Source: Podospora anserina
Lineage: Eukaryota
DNA: 64,000 bases
Assembly (NCBI GenBank): GCA_017654855.1
Contig: CM030332.1
Location: forward strand, 7,502,001 to 7,566,000
Direction: 5' to 3'
The notes under the pieces were generated by a model. That model was not told where the DNA came from. It ran no database searches and saw only the letters and a list, made by a program, of their open reading frames with translations. The translations under genes and the position numbers were made by a program. Each line of letters opens with the position of its first letter. The stretch's first letter is position 1. Of this stretch, positions 40,824 through 55,400 are shown piece after piece.

Positions 40824-42458
40824 ATATCGTTTAGTAAAAAAAAGGGAAAACGATATAATCCTACTATCCCTTTATTTATTCTCCTTTAATTAAAGAGAAA
40901 AATACTTTTACTTTTCGGATTTTAAAATATACTTCTGTCCTTATCGAGTTATTATAATTAGTAACCTAACGACCTCCTCCCTTTATTTTTAAAGAACTTT
41001 AAGAGCCTACTCTTATTCTATAAAACTAAGTATATAATTAGGCGAAAAGTATATTATTAGCGATTTTAAGTGGTTATAAGTAGGGGGACGAGTAATTATA
41101 GGCCTAAAAAGGAGCAGCGAGTTTATTATTATAGGAGTATAGAACTTAAAGAGGGTTACTACCTTATTTAATCGTTAAAAGTTATTCGATACGCTACTTA
41201 GTTTAAACCCTTTATAATTAAAGGGAAGACCTACGACGTATTTATTTCCTTTAATAGTAATAATTAAAGTTAATAGAGAACTAGGGAGGGAAGTAAACCG
41301 AGGAATTAATAGAAATTTAAAAGGAAATAAAAAGGTGTTTAGTAGGTTAAATCCTTTCGCGTTTATTAAATCCTTTAGGCCCCTCCTCCTTTATTTTTTA
41401 TTATATACCCTCTAATTAAGCTTATAACCTAAAAACCTTTTTATATAAGCTATCTATAACTTTATTATTTTCTTTCCCGTAACGCTTACGGTCTTATAGT
41501 CTCTATAGTAATAATCTTCTCTCTAAGCCTTTACTACCGTTAAATCCTCCTTTTTACTATACGAAATACCTCTCTAAAAGTAAGTACGGTAATACTTTAA
41601 AACCTAAAAACTATATTCCTACGCCCCGCCCTATTTACTATAGGCTAGCCTCCTTACTTTTACGTTAAAACTATAATAAAAAGCGTAACGGATATAAAAT
41701 ACTAAATAAAAAATAGTATTAGCTTAATACCCCTTCCAATCCTTTAACGAATCTATATAAACCAAAATACTAATAATAACGTCGTAAATACTTATTACCT
41801 AATAGCTTCCGTTATTAATATAAATAAGGAGGACTTAATATTATCGGTTAAAAGTATTATAATTATTATTAAGTAAAAAAAAGCGTATCGATAACTTTAT
41901 TATAATAGGGTTTAGAGGCTTTTTAGGGATCTATATATAACGCTCGAGGATTTCTTAAAGAAAATACCGAAAAATATAAGTAAGGACCGAACTAATAAAT
42001 TACTACTTAGCCTCTAATTAACCTTAAAGGTTATATATAACGTAAGTAAAAAAAGTTATATAAATATTATAAATATAAATCCGATTAAAGGGGGTTATTA
42101 TTTTTAAATTAAAAAAAAAATATTTAATAATATTAATCGAAAACTATTTTATAAAAATAATATTAATTTAGTCGAGCCGCCTTCCTATAATATAATCTCC
42201 TAGGTCGGTAATTAAGTTAAGGTTAAAACGAATAAACTAAAGAGTATTATCGCTTTAAAAAAAGAAAATACCGCGCGGGGGACTAAAACTATAGACCTTA
42301 TCGATACTTTAAAGGTGTATTTTCCGAATAATCTCTTTAACGAGATTATTAGGAGGGCCGAATTTCTTAATAGTAGTAAATTCTTTCTATAATATATTAT
42401 AAATGGACTTTATAAAAAGCGTTAATAATATTATTTTATAAGAATTAAGAGGGAGTAA
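40824..42458 (+). pseudogene. Putative antisense ORF X1 of family A (~540 codons, unknown product)
   Basis: One frame reads protein-like throughout after RIP reversal (e.g. KTVDLIDTLKARFPNDLFNEIVGRAEFLD); stops are TAA/TAG only, which RIP makes weakly informative. Confidence 0.45.
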
Positions 42459-42774
42459 TATATAATGTAATCTGTGATTAAAGGATTATCGAAAGGGAAA
42501 TAAAGAATTTTTTTTTAGAATAGAGAGTTAAAGAGGGAAAAAGATTTTTGGTAAATCTTTATTCTTTATTATCTACTTAACTTATAAAATAAGATTATTA
42601 AATAGTTACGTAAGCCGTTTAAGGAGGAAAGAGCGCTTTAATAAGTTTCCCTCCTATAGAAGTCTATAGGACTAGTCGCACCGTTCTATCCTTTAATTAT
42701 AAATACCTATATTAATTTTCTTTATTTTTATTTACTCTTTATTTTTTTTAATATTTATTAATCGCTTCCTCTTA

Positions 42775-43806
42775 ATAGCCTCTTTTTTAAAAAAACCTAC
42801 TACTTTATTTAATTAAACGGTCAACGACTTTATTATTTAAGTATTTACAACCTTTTTCGTTAAAAAACTTCTTAGTTAGGTCGAGGGAGTTCTTAACTTT
42901 ATTACGTACGATTAGTCCGAAGTCGTTATAAACTTTACTTAAAAACCTTTATTTACTACCCTTACTTATTATCCTACCGACCTTACCTATATTCCTAATA
43001 ATTAAAGTATTACTTATAAAAGGTACGTCTAGGTTCGGCGTCCTACTTACGTTTATAACTTTATTATACCTAAAGGTATTAATATTTATTACGATATTTC
43101 TTTTCCCTATTAAGTTACTCTTTAATACTTTAAAATTTCCCCTTTAAATCTTAAATACGTAGCTACTCCCCTTTACTTTAAATAGTTCTTCCTTAATTTA
43201 ACGAAAAAGGGGGGTAAAAAAGAGTAGTAATTATTTTTTAAGGATATTAGTGCGGATAAAACTATTATTAATTATATCTTTAAAGTATTATTAACCGGTT
43301 CCGTTAAACGGATTTTCGTTAAACGGTTTAATAAGTAATTTTTCGGGCGCTAGCTCTTTAAAATCGTTAAACAGGTTTATTACTTTAAAAGTTTATTTAT
43401 TTAGGCTACTAGATTATTATAAGTACCGCCCCCCTAATTAAATTTAATTTAATATTAATATATTAGATTTAGTTATATTAATTTATATAATAAATACGAT
43501 TAAAACTATCGCTAATTTTTCGTAACGTTTCCCGATAGGACTAAAACTAAGGTAATATAGTTATATTTCGGTTATATAGGAAGAGAGGACCTCGATTAGA
43601 AATACGGGAATTACTAGTATAAGGATATTTATTACTTATAGTCTAGTGTTAATAAGGATAGCCCTTACTTTAAGGATCTTAATAGTAGTAGATTATCGAA
43701 GTTAAATCGTAGTACCGTAAGCTTAATTCCTAATAATAAGGAAGTCGATTAGGATTAAAAGTAGGAAGAATAGCGGGCTAAGTATAAAGAGTTTAAAAAA
43801 TAGTAA
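42775..43806 (+). pseudogene. Putative antisense ORF X2 of family A (~340 codons, unknown product)
   Basis: Single frame from (M)ASF.EEP to ..EVDWDWKWEEWRAKYEEF; flanked by low-complexity spacers. Confidence 0.5.
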
Positions 43807-43959
43807 ATAAATAAAAAAAAGGAGAAAAAAAAAGAAAAAAAATAGTTTTTTATTTTTTTAAATTAGAGGAAGGGGTATAAAGAGAGGAGTAAATTAGAAA
43901 AAAAAATAATAGGAAAAGAAAAAAAAAAAATTAAAAATTTAATATAATAATCTTTACTT

Positions 43960-46900
43960 TAATTAATTACCTCCCTTAATATCTTTCCTCCCTTTAAGAA
44001 TAGATAATTCTTATAGCTCTATTTTTATAATATAAACTTTAGTACCCTTTTAAAGAAAAATAATAATTATAATACTTTTATTATCGTTTCCCCCTAATTA
44101 CCTAAGAAGTCCTTTAGTTTACCTTTTTTTAGGATTACCTTTATACTTTTGCCCTTCTTAAATTTCTTTTATACTTTAATATTCTTCCGTTCTATTTAAG
44201 TCTTCCCCCTAATTATTATTCTCCCTAGTATTTCTTTTACTATCTCTTTTTCTTTATCCTTATTTTCTACTATATCTATACCTTCCTTTACTCCATTCCT
44301 AAATACCTATTTAACTCTCTTTAGTCTTAGCTACATATCCGTATCCTCTTTATTTATATATACGTTTTTTAACCTAAAAAATTTTTTTACTTTATTTAAC
44401 ATATAAGAAGCTCGTAATAGTACCCTATCCAGTATCTTTAGGAAATAATAAATATTACTTAGTTCGACCTTCTTTACTTTAAAAGGGCCGTCCTAATAGT
44501 ACTATAGTTTCCTTACTACACTTATATCTAACTTTCTATCTATTTTATATACTAATACTAAGTCCCCCCTTTTAATTATATTATTTTTAGGCCTAATATT
44601 ATAAATCCCTTTTCTGTTTTTTTTTATTACGGCTTTTTATTTTACTATACTAACCTTCTTAGCCACTAAAGTTAGATTTATTTTTTAGGATTTTAATAGT
44701 CTCGCCCTTACCTTTATTAAATTTATAATCGCTCTTTTTTTTTAATATCTCCTTAATTTATCAAAACTAATTTTTTCTTATTAAACGACTCTCTATAACG
44801 GTACGTCCTTTTCGATTAGCGTAATAAGGTTAAATTTATATATTAAATAAAAAATATTATATTTATAAATACTTTATATTATAGTCCTATTAATAAATAA
44901 TATATAAGGGAGCTATTACTTTTACTTTTTCCCCGTCCTATCCGTTATTTTTATTAGTATTAATATAATTAGGATATAACTAAATTCCGTTACTCTATTT
45001 ACTTTTACGTTATAAAGTAAAACTACTATCCGAAAAACTCCTAGCTTCTTTAAAATTTTAATAACTTCCTTCCTAAATTTTAATCCGCTATTTACTATTA
45101 CGATTAAAGGGTAACCCTATTTAAGGATAATATTATATAAAATAAAGTTTTTAACCCTAAAAACTTTATTTAAATTTAAAACTTTCGTTTTTAAATATTT
45201 AATTAAATTATCCCTTACTTTTAAAAAGTAAATTTTTTTTTCCGAAGTTATTAGTAAAAACTAAACGTTTAAATATTATTTTATAAATAAAGTAACTAAA
45301 AGCTTAATATATAAATATTAATCCTTTTAACGCTTCGGGCTCTATTATTAATATTATTTATATATTTTAATCTAAACCTCGATATTAGCGTATATACCCT
45401 TCTAATAATAGTTTTTTATTATTCGGGTATAAGTAGCTTCCCGTCCTTTATAACCTATCTCGTTATAATATATATTAAAGACTTTTTCCCGTTTAATTAG
45501 AGGATTAATAATTTTTTTAGGGGGAAAGCTTTCTTTATTTAGTTTAAGAAATAAAATTCTATTTTCGAGAATTATTTTTAGAGTATTATTCTTAATGGTC
45601 TGAACGTTAAACTTCGTTTTAGCCTTTAGTTCCGTACTAGTCGCGAGGAACTCGGTAATAATATAAGAGTAAGGAGACTATAGTTTATTTAAATAGGGGC
45701 TTTACTTAATAACTTTCTTTTTTTTTTTTTTAATATTTACCCGCTAAATACTTATTTCTTAAATATCGTTTTTCTAGATCTTTACGTTAACCTTATTATT
45801 AATATCTAGCTCTAACTCCTTTTCCCTTAAATTAAAGGGGTTAAGTGGTTTTCTCGATAGTACATTTACTATAAGGTTCTTACTTTTAAAAATATAAATA
45901 ATTATAAAGTTAAAAAATCTAATCTATCCTAACTATCTTATTATTAAAGCGCCGGGAACGTTACTAGCCGCCCTTTAGACTTAATAGATTACCACTTAAA
46001 CGTCCGTTTCCACCGTAAAATATACCCCGAAAAGATACTTTCTAAATCTCTTTAAAGTATATAATAGTCCTCTTAACTCCCTCTTAATAGTATTATACTT
46101 TTATTTAGCCGGGCTTTAAATACTACTCTTAAACCGATAAGGGTACCGTTTTTTATTAGGTTTTACTTATTTAATTACCGTTCCTTACCCCGTTAAATTT
46201 ATATTAAAAATAATAAAGATTTTACCGAAACGATCGTTATTAAATATTAAAGAAGTTAAATATAGTACCTTTATAATTAAAAAAGTAAATTACTCTATTA
46301 TACTTTATTAAGCTTCCGTCTATTCTTATTTCGTATCCTTCCTTATTAAAAAATATAGCGGAACTGCAATTAAATTAAAGAGAGGTACCTATAGCCGATA
46401 GTAGCCGGTAATCCCTAAAAAAGTATAAATATCCTTAAAACTATAGTAAGTTCGCTATTCCTTTATCTTTACTATCTTTATTTAATTAAGGAAGCGCCCG
46501 TCCGGTATATAGGAATAGCTAAGGATAATAGCTTCCCGTTTATACTAAAGGGATTTTACGGCTATAATTATAATTCCTATAAGCTTACAGTTAAATAAAA
46601 CTACATTAATATTCTTTAAATACTTTAGGACTTACTTTTTAATTCCTAACCTTTCTTTTTTACTATTATAATCCTACCTTAGCCCTTTTACTATAATATC
46701 GTTTAGGTATAGCCGATATACTTATAGGATAAGATTTTAAAAAACTTTAGTTACGGCTCTTTAGAATTAGGCCACTAAGTTAGTAGCTCCTTAAGGTAGG
46801 GTATATATCCTAAATAGGCCGATAAATATCGCGAAGGTAGTAAGGTCTCGGTTCGTTAGGGCTAATTTAATTTAGTTATATCTAGAAAAGAAATTAAGTA

Positions 46901-49900
46901 AAAAGGTAATAAGGTACCCTATAAAGTCTTCGCTAAACTCCTTAATACTTAGTAGGATAAAGGTATTTCGTTATATAATTTTATTATATCTTTAGGTATT
47001 ATTAATTAAACGGAGGCTACTATTCTTTTTCTTTATTAAAAATTAATTATTACGGTAAGGATTATACGTTTCCTTAATAATATTTTTTTTAATTCGTTCC
47101 TTAAAAAAATCGATAACTTTCTTTATAAGTAGCTTCGGGATCGGAATAAATTTACTTTATTATACTTTATAAAGAATAGTTTTAATATATTAAATAAGGA
47201 AAACTTTTTTAAGGATCTATCTATACTCGGTAAAGTCTTATACTAATATAACCTCCCTTATAAATAAAATTACCGTAAATACTTTAACCTCTTAATCTAT
47301 TAAAATATCGGTAATTTATTTAATTAAATCGACTAAACGTTTTAGAGTAAAGCGTAACCCTTTAATTATTTTAGAAAACTTAGGGACTATAATATCGTTG
47401 AATTCTAAGTTATATTATAGGGATTCCTTAATTATTACCTATCTCTTTACTTTTTAGTTCGAATTTCTTTTAGGAATATTATTATTTAACCTAATATTAT
47501 TAACCGGCTTTACCTTTTTATTTACCCTCTTATATATTATAATAATAATAATAATATTTATAGGCGTTAGTTAGGCCTATTTAAAAGTAATAATTAAACT
47601 AGTTTTTATATTATTTTTTTTTTTAGAAGGGGGCGGAGGTAAATAATATTTATATAATTATATAGTAAAGAGGCTACGCTAACTTAGTTAAGTAAGAGAC
47701 TAATTAAATATCCTTAAATATAAAGATACTATATCGGGCTTAAATAGGGTTATCTTGCTAGTCCTTTAATTAAACGGTGGCGATGTTTTTAGTAGTGGTA
47801 GCGACGGTATTAAATATAAACCTATTATAAAGGTCGGTAGTAACGGTCGTTCTTTCTTTAAAATTTTATCCGAAGTTAGAGTTTTTATTATAATTTCCAC
47901 TCTTTTAGGTTAAAATAAAGACTTTTCTTTTTGGTAGTCCCTTATACTTTCCTTTTTTCCTTCCTTTTAATTATTAATATTCTTTTTTCCTTTACTCTTA
48001 ATATCCCCCTTTTCTTTATTTTTATAAAAAATAATATTAAACGTTAAATAATAATTTAATAATAATAAATTTAATTCCTTTAAAATAAAATTAAGTAAAA
48101 AACGTTTAGTTCCTTTATTTAATTCCTTAATTACTTTATTCCCTTCCTTTAGCTTTTCCGTTATTTACTTAGGGATAGGTATTCCTTTATTAATTAATCC
48201 CTTAAATACCTATAAAAGTTAATTAATAAAAAAAGTATTACCTCGATCTTTACTATTATATTCCGCCTTTATTTTATTAATTACCTCCTTTTTTACTATA
48301 TAGGTTTTAATTAACTTTCCTTTATATAATATATTTATATTAATTATATAGCTCTTTATAAAATTAAAAATAAGGCTTATATCCGTAAAGAACGGGATGC
48401 TTAATAGTAGGTTATAGAAATCTAGAGCCTTAATATTATTAATAATAAAAAAATAATATAAAATTAGAACCTTAATTAATATTATTAGAGCCTAAATCTT
48501 ACCTATAAATATAACCGGATTTCTATAAAGGCTTTTAAACTATAAGTTCGTCGATATTATCGGTAAATAAAACCTTTTAACTATAGCCTTACTAATTAGG
48601 TTATACTCCGAGCCTATATCTAATATTATTAATACCTTCTTTAAAGTTAGTAAAACGAAGTTATAATATAGCGATAAAACGTTATAGGTTCGAGTAACGG
48701 CTCCCAAAAGAATTTACTTACTACCGGAAAGCCGGCTAATAGGCGTAAATAATAGAGTCCGCAATCACTCTTTTAAATTATTACCCGGTTAGACCTTACC
48801 TTTAATAATCTTCTCTTAAATACCTCCCTCGACCATACTATACTTACTATCCGCCGTAATCCCGTATAAAGTAGGGACAGTTTTCCTTTAATTAAACGAA
48901 GGAGTTTTACTATATTTAGCCGTCTAAAAATTCGTTTAAACCGTTAATAGTAAGGCCTCCCCCTTTTATAAAACTTTTTTTTTTTTATCCGGGGTATTTT
49001 TAGAAGATTTACGCTACTCGATTATTTTAATATCCTCGGCTATATTCTTTACGTAATCTATTAACCGGTAAATAAATATAAGTAAAACCCTATAATACTT
49101 TTCTAATATAAACTTAGTTTAATTATAAATATACTTTTTAGTTTTCTCGGTAATATAATTTTTAAAGTCCTTTACTTTACTATTAAGTAACCTTAAGCTA
49201 CTCCGGACTTTATCCCTTTAATCGGACAAAACTTTTTCTTTAATTACCTTTAGTTTTTCTTACGCGGAGGTAAATACTACTTTTAGATTTTCGGCTAAAG
49301 TTAGGTTATTTATATCCTTTTTCGGTAAATCCTCGATCCTTACTCTTTTCGTTCTTTACGCGCCTACCCCTACTTCCACCTTTTAATTATAAACAATTAT
49401 TAAAGTATTATTAAAATACTTTAAAATACTTTTAGGTAATTACTTTTTTATTAAATAACATTATAAAGTATTTTTAATAATATAGTTACTAACTAAATTC
49501 TCGTTAAACGGTACGTAGGATTTAGAATACCTATAAAGCTTATTTAACCTAATATTTATAACCCTAGCTATCTAAGTAACTATCTATTCCTTTCCTTTAA
49601 TTAAAGAAATTTCGGGCCTATATCCTTTACCCTTACGAATTTCTTAATATTTAATTTATTTTATATAAGTTTTATAAGCCCTATTTAGTTTTAGTTTTAA
49701 CGAAATTATAGTACGAACTAGGTCACTAACTTTCCTTTTACGCTATACTTTTTTTATATCCTCTTAATTAAACTACGCTTTTTTACTTTCCGGCTATTCC
49801 TTCTTACCGATATACACTCTACCTCCTTTAATATAGTATAGTCCCCACGCCTTATTATATTTTTTCTTCGGATATTCCGTCGACTTAATATAATAATTAA

Positions 49901-51303
49901 TTTTACCGTATTAAAAGTACTTTTTTAGTGGGGGAGGGTTATTACGGTACTACCCTCCTAATTTTCCGAACTAGGTTTTAATATTAATAATAGGGAAGGT
50001 ATTAAAAAATAAATTTATTTCTTTATTAAAGTTAATACTAAAATCCAGGGAGTAAAGTACTTAGTTTTTTAGGTATTAAACGCGGGTCCTTATTATTTTA
50101 AATTTACTATTTTCCGGTATAAAGAAACCACTATAGATATTTACCCTTAAATACTATAGTATTATCTTTCTATTTATTATAATATTAACCGCTATATATT
50201 AATTAAGTACCTCGGCTACTTAATTAAAAGTAATAGGGAAGGGTATAATAATTAATTTATTTTCTTTATAGATTTTTCCTCTTACGTTATACCTATTTTT
50301 AATTATATTATTAATTTAATCGCTCTAAGTAATAAAATTTATAGATTTTAAACGACATTCGGATCCTCTTCGGTTAATAAAGGTTATTTTTATTAATTCG
50401 GAGAATTTTATTTAAAAGCGGTTAGTAACCCTAACTTTTATTACCTCTTTCTCTCCGGTCGGTATTCAAGAGAGTAGTTTAAAGTAATTAAAAATAACCT
50501 TTTTTAATTTACTTATACCTTTAAAAATAATTTTAACGTAAAAGTTATTTAATTCCCTATAGATATCTTTGTTTTATTGGGGGTTATAGATTTTAAAAAG
50601 GCGTTTAAAGCGGATAACTAGGATAAGCTAAGTATCGGTAAGTATAGGTAGGTCTATATATTTATTAATTTATTTTTTTATATCGAAATTATATTAAAAT
50701 TTAAATTTATAAACGCGAAAAGTAAATTCCACGATATAATACTCTTTATAGGTATTTTCGAAACGCTTTAAATATTCCGTAAAGTATTTTCCTTTAAAAT
50801 TACTTTTAAAACCGATTTTCTTTAGATTAGGAAATTTATATTAAGGAAAATATATAGGTATTATAGGATAGAGGGTTAAATAATTAAACGTAGGGGACCC
50901 TTAAAAGTAACGATAGTCGGGGTAAATTCCTATAAAATATAAGTATCCGGGTTATTAAAATTAATATACGAATTTAGAAAGAGGAGCGGGATATCCGGTA
51001 TACCGAGTGGGAGGCGTAGTATAATTTTAAGTAGTAGGATTTAGGTAGGTACGAGGTCCACCTAGTACGTTAGGAGCGTTAGGCCTTATAGTCGGGCTAC
51101 TTTAATTAGAAAGGGGGCGAGGGGTTTTAGTATCTTTAAGGTAAGTGTAGTTCGTAACCGGGGAGAGGACGAATAGTAATAATTCCGGGGACCTAGCTAC
51201 CGGAATAATTACTTTTACTATAAAATAAGCCGTAGAAGCTTAATACCCTTAGTTATTACCGGGAAAGCTAGCCGAAGCGATAGGTAGGATATTATTGGAT
51301 ATA
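43960..51303 (-). pseudogene. Family A copy 3 gag-pol (RIPed); ends approximate
   Basis: Colinear with copy 2 gag-pol; gag motif FEGKYFTEYLKRFE ~50750-50800. Confidence 0.82.
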
Positions 51304-52489
51304 TCGATACTCGATAATTACTATTATATTTATATTAATAATATAATTTTTTTTTTATATATATTATTAAAAATATAAAAACGGTTATTTTTTATAACTT
51401 TAGTATATAAATATAAATTATATTTATTTAGATTAAAGGGAAAGTATCTTTATTTCTTTACTTTTAGGTTCCCGATATCCTAAATTAAACTAACCCGGAA
51501 ATCCCTATAATTATCTATTATCGTTAAATAATATATTAAAAGGATTCCTTTTAATTAAAAATAAAAAAGGACTTTAATAATTAACGCGGAAATAAAGTTT
51601 ATTAACGAACTAGTCTTAACTAATATTTTTAATTTACTTCCCGGTCTTATCCGGACTATATATTTAACTCTCCACTCGCAGGTAAAAAGTTTAGAGTTTA
51701 GTTAATAATGAAAAAGCTTTATTCGATTAAACAAAAAAAAATTATTTCCGTTAAACCTCGCGGGGTTTAATAAAATTATCGGTATTTATTATCGTTCGTA
51801 ACTTCGCACTTCCTCTAGTACCTAGGGCTTGTAAGTCCAGTTTGGACCCTGAGCTTTACTTAACCCGGGCACAACCTCTATTTAAAATAGTAAGAAAATA
51901 CATAAAATAACCACAATACTACAAATATACCCTCAACAGGTCTCAGAATGAACATACCTGCGTGACAGTGACTCGCTTGTAGGCCGCACTTTACGTAGGA
52001 TAAAGAAAAGACACTATGGGCTCGCAGGCTACATAATAAGCACCGGATTGGCCTGATCAGAGGGCCAGAATTGCCTGCACGCGTGTAAGGCATAAAATAC
52101 GAAGAAAAGAATAAAAGTCGATGTCCTCTTTAAATAGAATGTCCGAAGTAGACCGCTTATATACATGACCCCTGAACCCCTGAGTCCTCTGAGAGCCCCG
52201 CTTCCTTACTCATACTCTCAGGCCTGTAGCCGCACCCCAAACCATTATAGGCTACTAAGCCCTAAAATTAAAATATTTAATTTTATATTTATTAATTAAC
52301 GCCTTACTTTCTAGGCCTTCGTCTTTTATAATAGACGAAGAGATGAGGAACGTCCCCCCCCTTTTTAACTCACCCTTAAATATCGACCCGACCGCTTTAA
52401 GTTAATAAATCGTTATTTAACTAGAAACCTACTTTAAAGTCTAGTTTAATAAGCTTATAAAGAAGCTAAAAAATATAGTTATTCGTTAA

Positions 52490-55400
52490 AATAAAAAAAT
52501 TATTACGTTATAGGTTTCCACTAGAAACTCGGTACCTCGTTTAAAGGACTCCCTTATACTAATACCTTCGGCTATACTTACCTCCGCTTTTTTATTATCG
52601 ATACCTCCTACTCCGCCTACGGTTACTATTTTTTTAATAAAGGACTTTAGTAAGTAAACCCTTTAATTAATTAAGAAAAATAAGCTTTTAGGGCCTAATA
52701 ACTATCGATAATAGATTTAAACTTTTATTATTTAATTAAAGGTTATAAAGATCTTAAACTTTATTAATAAACCTACCGAGGTTATTAATACCCTAACGGA
52801 TATACTTAAAGCCTATTTAATCCTTATTATCCGGAATACTCTTTAGTAGGGTCCCCTTTAAACTATTAAAATAAAGGACTTTCCGGCTACTATTTTCCTA
52901 CGCCTATAAGCATAATATACTTTAACTTAATTAATTATTCGGGATAAGTTTTATAAATCCTATTACTTACTGAAATTTAATAGTTCCCTTACGGTAATAA
53001 AATTTAATACTAAATTTAATACTTTTATTTCTCGGCTTAAGGACTTAAATATAATTATCTAAAAAACTAACTAAATTAATTACTATTTAAATACTTTAAA
53101 ATATAGTTTTTTATAATAGTATAAATACTATAGAACTTTAATTCGTTATTAAATATACTTAAACCCGACTAAATTATTTAATCTTTCCTTCTTTTAAAAT
53201 AACTTTCTTATAAAAACCCGGAACTTAATTACTTTAGTTACTTAAGCTCTTACAGCCCTATAGTTTTAGCACTTTAAAGCTTAAAAAAATAATAAATTTT
53301 TTAAAAATAAACTTAAAAATTCTAGATTTTTAAAGGGTTTAAGGGGTTTAAGGGGTTTAGAAAACTCTAAAGGCTCTATAAATTTAAAGAGCTCGGGAAG
53401 TTCGAAAAAAAAAAAAAAAAAAATAAGTTTAAAAAATATTCCTTATAAAATTCTTTACCCCTAATAGATACTATAAAAGTTTCTTTTTTAATAAACTTTA
53501 ATTTTAATATAGAATTCTATAATATTTTAAAAGATTTTTTTTTTAATAAAGGAAACTTTATAATTTACGTTTATAAAAGCTTTCGAGGTATATAGTTTTT
53601 CGATATTAGTTTCACCATTTATATATATAATAAGAGAAACTTTTTTATAGATTTTTTAATACTTAAAAACCTAAGCTCGGTTTAAATAGGGGGCGGCCCT
53701 ATAAGCCTAATAAGCTAAAGTACTATAAAGGTTTATTTCTATACCGGAATTAAGAACGGAAAGGCCTATTATTTTATAGTTTTATTTTTTAAAATCCTTT
53801 ATATTTCGAATTTCTTACTAAATATTATAAATAAAAAATATTTTTATTATTCTAAAGGAACCTTATTTTACTAAAAAATTTTCGATATTAATAAAAAGTT
53901 TATTACTTTATTCGACTTTGATAAATCCGAATTCTTTTTAGGAATTAAAAGAAAGAGCCGCCCCGGAAAGTATAATTATTAATATAACTATAACGCTTAT
54001 ACTAAAAATTTTAATAATTTAAAGGACTTTAAAATTCTTACGATCCTTAAGGAATCTAAAGCCCCCGAAATTCTAAAGGGGGTTAAGGATTAAACGCTAA
54101 TTATTTTACCGGTAAAGCTTTCTAAAAAGTTTTTTAAGGAACCCTTAATAATATTTATCGAAATTACTATCCTTTAATATATACAGTTAAATTATATAGA
54201 CTTTACCCTTTTAAAAAAAACCTCTTTAATTACCGAAGGAATGCCTAACCTATAGAAAATCCGGCCTAAAAATTTTATTTATAAGAACTATAATACCGTA
54301 AAAATCTTTTATAGGCCCTTTAGGCAGGCCGTTAATAACCCTCCATTTACCCTAAACCGGATTAAGGGAAATATTATTTCGATTAAGCTTCTTCTACTTA
54401 TAAAGAAGGCCTACGCCCTTATTTTAGTAGATCGGAAGACCCGTTACCGCTTTATTCGGCCTTTAAAATTAAAAAAAGATACCGCTTAAGAGGCCCGCTT
54501 AATAATCGAAGGCCTAAAGAACTCCTTTTATAAGTACCTAAAATACTTCTACTATAACGGGGGAAAAGAAATCTTACCTTTAAAAGCCTATTTCGTAGAA
54601 AAAAGTATTGGCTTTAGTACTTTAAGTTTTAGAACCTTTAACTAAAACGGCTTAGTAAAGCGTTTTATTTATATTATTTTTAACCAATTAAGGACTATAA
54701 TACTCGCTTTAAGCCTCCCGCTTACTTTCTAGAGCTATATTATTTAACTTATAATTAAAATTATTAATAAAATAGTATAATCTTTTAAAGAACTTACGCT
54801 TTATTAACTTTTCTATAATAAATTACTTCCTAACTAACCGGCCTATAGGCTTAACCTTCTAAATTATAAAGCTATTAATACCGAAGTTATAGTATATATC
54901 TTTACTAAGAACCGGATTTTAGGAAAGAAACTTGCGCTTAAAGGAATTAAAGGCTAGCTCCTTATAGTCTTCGGCTACTAGACTTACCTAGTTTATTTAA
55001 ACTTAAATAAAGTTATTTAAATTAGTTTTATAAAGTTTTATAAAGACCTTAAAACCTAACTTATAAAGCTACCGAACTTTATTAACCTATTAAAAATAGT
55101 AAACCGGTTTAATAATTTAAAGGATAAATTAGATATTTAAACCCCTATAGAGGACCCTATTTAAATACCGGATTTTAGAATTCTAGTACCCTCTACCACT
55201 ATTAAGATCCTACTACCTTAAGCGACTCGAGAGTAACGTAAGGAGTTTAAGCCTATCGACGAAATAAATTATATTAAGCTTATTAATTACTTAATTTCTA
55301 GGTCTCTAAAAACCTTAATAGTTTAGTTTATAGTTACGTTTTTAAAGCCTAATACCTTTAAATAAATCTTAAAGTACTTTAATAAAGACTAATAATTATA

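Larger units (their letters stand above)
40375..52244 (-). mobile_element. Gypsy family A copy 3, full length (11.87 kb), least mutated complete copy
   Basis: LTRs 40375-40736 and 51883-52244; 4-bp TSD TTAT/TTAT. Confidence 0.95.

Noticed and set aside
1231-52244. AT-rich DNA as a mitochondrial insertion or alternative-genetic-code sequence
   Set aside because: Fully explained by RIP transitions in recognisable retrotransposons
17273-52248. NTAY target-site preference of family A (TTAT, CTAC, GTAT, ATAT)
   Set aside because: Too few sites, and RIP itself creates central TA
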